Virus record (IMG/VR): IMGVR_UViG_3300010883_026915 | Span: 1 to 64,000 of that record | Length of the DNA stretch: 64,000 nucleotides | From: a virus | Strand: one strand, 5' to 3' | Shown: positions 61,496-64,000 of the stretch, in pieces | Layout of the letters: each line of letters opens with the position of its first letter | Numbering within the stretch: the stretch's first letter is position 1 | Program-made: the position numbers and the translations under genes | The notes under the pieces: generated by a model | The model's database searches: none | The model's input: only the letters and a program-made list of their open reading frames with translations | What the model was told of the DNA's origin: nothing

Positions 61496-61567
61496 AATAT
61501 AACTAATCATATTTTATATTTACAGAAGCTTATAAGCGTAATATATAATCAATAAGGAGTTTTTAAA

Positions 61568-62284
61568 TTGGGATTTTTAGATCATTCAACAAACAATGTT
61601 ATTATCGATGCAGTATTAACAGATCAGGGTAGAAAGCTCTTAGCTGGTGGACTTGGAAATTTTACAATTTCAAAGTTTGCATTTGCAGACGACGAAGTCG
61701 ATTATACTATAATAAAAAAATTCGGAAGAACAGTAGGCAGGGAGAAGATTGAGAAAAATACTCCTGTCCTTGAGGCTCCTACAAGTGGATATCTTGGCTT
61801 AAAGTTTAAAAATACTAGCTTTAACAATAATTCAATGATTAGGTTGCCAACACTAACCATATCAAAAGGTATAGATGCATCTGGTGCTGCTTCTGTAACA
61901 AGAAGTAGAACTTCATCACAAATTGATACATCAATTTCAATTACTGCAGAGCAGAAGTTAATCACAGGCGGAGTTGCAGATCATGATGTAACAAACTATT
62001 CATATCAGATAACTTTAGATCATTTATTTTTAAGAGTACAAGGGTATACGCCTGACTACGTCGATGCTTATAATAATGCAACGTATACTATAAGAGCAGC
62101 AAACTCTCTTTCTAATCAAAGATGCTCAAGTGTAACATTTTCTCTGGTTCCAAATCTACTCAATGATATAACATTTCGCCAGTACTCATATACAACCCAG
62201 GGTACATCAATTGTAACAAGACCGGTTTCTGTTACTGGGTTAAATGATGGACAATCTGTATCATTTAACATAAACATTTACTAA
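61568..62284 (+). CDS. Conserved phage tail protein (tail-collar/DUF3751-like N-terminal half)
   Basis: MGFLD...IIDAVLTDQGRKLLA...F.ISKFAFADDEVDY; AAGGAG RBS with TTG start. Confidence 0.65.
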   Translation: MGFLDHSTNNVIIDAVLTDQGRKLLAGGLGNFTISKFAFADDEVDYTIIKKFGRTVGREKIEKNTPVLEAPTSGYLGLKFKNTSFNNNSMIRLPTLTISKGIDASGAASVTRSRTSSQIDTSISITAEQKLITGGVADHDVTNYSYQITLDHLFLRVQGYTPDYVDAYNNATYTIRAANSLSNQRCSSVTFSLVPNLLNDITFRQYSYTTQGTSIVTRPVSVTGLNDGQSVSFNINIY

Positions 62285-62298
62285 AATAGGAATTTAAG

Positions 62299-63534
62299 GT
62301 GGCAGTATTTAAACAAATAGGACCAGGTGATATATCTACAGCCCAGTCTTTTCTAACACAATTAGTAGATGTAATTGCGTCCGATGTTTCTGGATCTACA
62401 ACCTGCAGGAAGTATCAAGTATTTGTGACTGGTGCAAACGGTCGAGGCGCAGGAGTTACCTCATCTTTGTTTCAAACAGTTTGTGATCAAGATTATACGC
62501 TACAAACTTCTAATGAGATATTAGATATGACAGTAGGGCTTAGAGACGATTCATTGCTGGTCAAATCAGCTTCAACGGGAAAAGATACTGCTGGCAAAAA
62601 GCTTTTCCCATCTGAATCTTTGATGATGAGGGAAAAAATATCAATCTATAGTCAGTATTCTCTTCTATTACTCGGCGCGTCAGGATCTGCTTTTAAATCA
62701 CCTCAGAATTCAACTCTAGAGTCTGACAAGATTGATAATGCAATGTTTATAAGCTTTAAGCGACTATTTTCTAGAGATTCTATTAAGGAAAATAGTTTTG
62801 CACTTGAAGTTGCATCAAGCGGATGTAAATCAGAAGGCTCTTCAGGAGCAGACTCCCGACCAAACATTAATAGAACATCAAACTCAGGTACTATGTTTAA
62901 TGTATATACTGATGCAGGGTTATCGACATCAACATTGGTCAAATTTGGAGGTACATGCAGTGATATTGTCAATGCTACAAATACTGCTGAGAAAGTTGGA
63001 AATATATTCTACCAGCACGGAATAGTAGTTCTCGATATTGAAAAAGTTTTTTCAGGTAGTCAGAAGATATCAGGAACAATTGATGCTGTGACTTCTGAAG
63101 GTAATGGTAAAGTCGTCTTAGGTGCTTTGAACACGCCTGGCTCAAATAAGCAGGCAAAGCTTGTTCCAGATCTAATGGTTTCAGGATCTATAGATGATAT
63201 CTTAGATTTTTACAGGACTACTAGATTTAAGTCAGGCTCTCAGACTTGTTATACCTTTATGAATCGTACAAATATTAATTCAACACTTATATGGTGTAGG
63301 GCAACAGCAGATGAATTTAACTATTCTTCAAATCCTACTTATGTAGATCCATCAACGAATAGAATAAATGTCATAGAAGTAGGGCAAGAAAACTTTCAAA
63401 GTGCTTTTTCATATATAACAACCGTCGGCTTGTATGATCCAAATGATAATTTAGTTGCAATTGCAAAAATGTCTAGGCCGATTGCGAAAAACAATGAGAA
63501 GGATATTACCATTAGGGTAAGGCTCGACTTCTAG
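62299..63534 (+). CDS. Conserved phage tail/baseplate protein (DUF3751-like C-terminal motif)
   Basis: VGNIFYQHGIVV, EFNYSSNPTY, YITTVGLYD..DNLVAIAKMSRPI.K.....IRVRLDF. Confidence 0.7.
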   Translation: MAVFKQIGPGDISTAQSFLTQLVDVIASDVSGSTTCRKYQVFVTGANGRGAGVTSSLFQTVCDQDYTLQTSNEILDMTVGLRDDSLLVKSASTGKDTAGKKLFPSESLMMREKISIYSQYSLLLLGASGSAFKSPQNSTLESDKIDNAMFISFKRLFSRDSIKENSFALEVASSGCKSEGSSGADSRPNINRTSNSGTMFNVYTDAGLSTSTLVKFGGTCSDIVNATNTAEKVGNIFYQHGIVVLDIEKVFSGSQKISGTIDAVTSEGNGKVVLGALNTPGSNKQAKLVPDLMVSGSIDDILDFYRTTRFKSGSQTCYTFMNRTNINSTLIWCRATADEFNYSSNPTYVDPSTNRINVIEVGQENFQSAFSYITTVGLYDPNDNLVAIAKMSRPIAKNNEKDITIRVRLDF

Positions 63535-63548
63535 AAAAGGGCTCAATA

Positions 63549-64000
63549 ATGGCAATAGTTAAAATACCCAAAGAAAGGGAAGAATATTTTACATTAACAA
63601 CTCACCCAGATGTTATTTATGTAAGTGGATGTAACCCATCAGTAGTCGAAGGAGCAATGTCTCTAAGGGGCAGGTCAAGCCCAATAGTAAAAGAGTATAT
63701 TGCAGTCAACGCATACTATGAGTTGACAGATGATTGGCGAGCAGGCACAACATCAAGACCGTGGAACCTAAGCGACTTCGATATCCCAACCAGCCTGGGC
63801 ACCGCCTGCTGGGACCGCGCTGTGGCTGATTTTTACGAAACGACAGCTAATATCTCAAAATATATTAAAGTCTACATGGCTGCGGCGAACGCCGCACCTA
63901 GATCAATATCTGATACAAAAAATATTTATATTACAAGATTTGATACACCATTTCTTTTCAACAGCACAGCAATAAAAAAGTCAATTATTCAAAATAACTT
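63549..64000 (+). CDS. Hypothetical protein, 3'-truncated by the window edge
   Basis: The ATG at 63549 opens MAIVKIPKEREEYFTLTTHP... with no stop before base 64000; absent from the ORF track because it has no stop codon. Confidence 0.7.
   Translation, partial: MAIVKIPKEREEYFTLTTHPDVIYVSGCNPSVVEGAMSLRGRSSPIVKEYIAVNAYYELTDDWRAGTTSRPWNLSDFDIPTSLGTACWDRAVADFYETTANISKYIKVYMAAANAAPRSISDTKNIYITRFDTPFLFNSTAIKKSIIQNN

Noticed and set aside
134-63157. The many 60-130 aa minus-strand and nested plus-strand ORFs in the track
   Set aside because: All lie within longer, motif-bearing + strand genes and show no recognisable motifs; treated as shadow ORFs.
1-64000. Stop-codon reassignment (TAG read as Gln), as in some large phages
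   Set aside because: Coding density is already near complete under the standard code, ORFs of 1000+ aa have no internal TAG, and TAG falls at family-typical C-termini (DGGKTVW*, DGGYTCV*, RVRLDF*).

Overview
AT-rich (roughly 30% GC by eye), gene-dense segment with about 59 genes, all on the + strand. It is best read as part of a large (jumbo-type) contractile-tailed bacteriophage. Layout: (i) the 3' part of a fibre-like virion protein (<3..1061); (ii) a ~28 kb glycan-biosynthesis island (1154..28982) with about 10 glycosyltransferase genes (GT2, GT4, GT8, a GT29 sialyltransferase-like and a Maf/GT42-like protein), NeuB, two NeuA-type cytidylyltransferases, an AroB-like sugar-phosphate cyclase, heptose-pathway enzymes (two SIS/GmhA-like isomerases, HddA kinase, two HAD phosphatases), SDRs, epimerases, UDP-glucose dehydrogenase, methyltransferases and a sulfotransferase, interrupted by a Cas4/RecB-like nuclease; (iii) a T4 gp55-like late sigma factor; (iv) a ~34 kb tail/baseplate module (gp5-, gp25- and gp6-like, LamG, fibre, FN3 and J-domain proteins). 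The island has no flippase, polymerase, ABC exporter or undecaprenyl-phosphate initiating transferase, and several neighbouring virion proteins are strongly enriched in [S/T]-[G/A]-[S/T] tripeptides. The leading hypothesis (inference) is a self-contained phage system that O-glycosylates its own virion with an unusual, possibly nitrogen-free or carbocyclic, sialic-acid-like glycan. All family calls come from motif recognition by eye; no searches were run. No RNA genes, CRISPR arrays or mobile elements were recognised.
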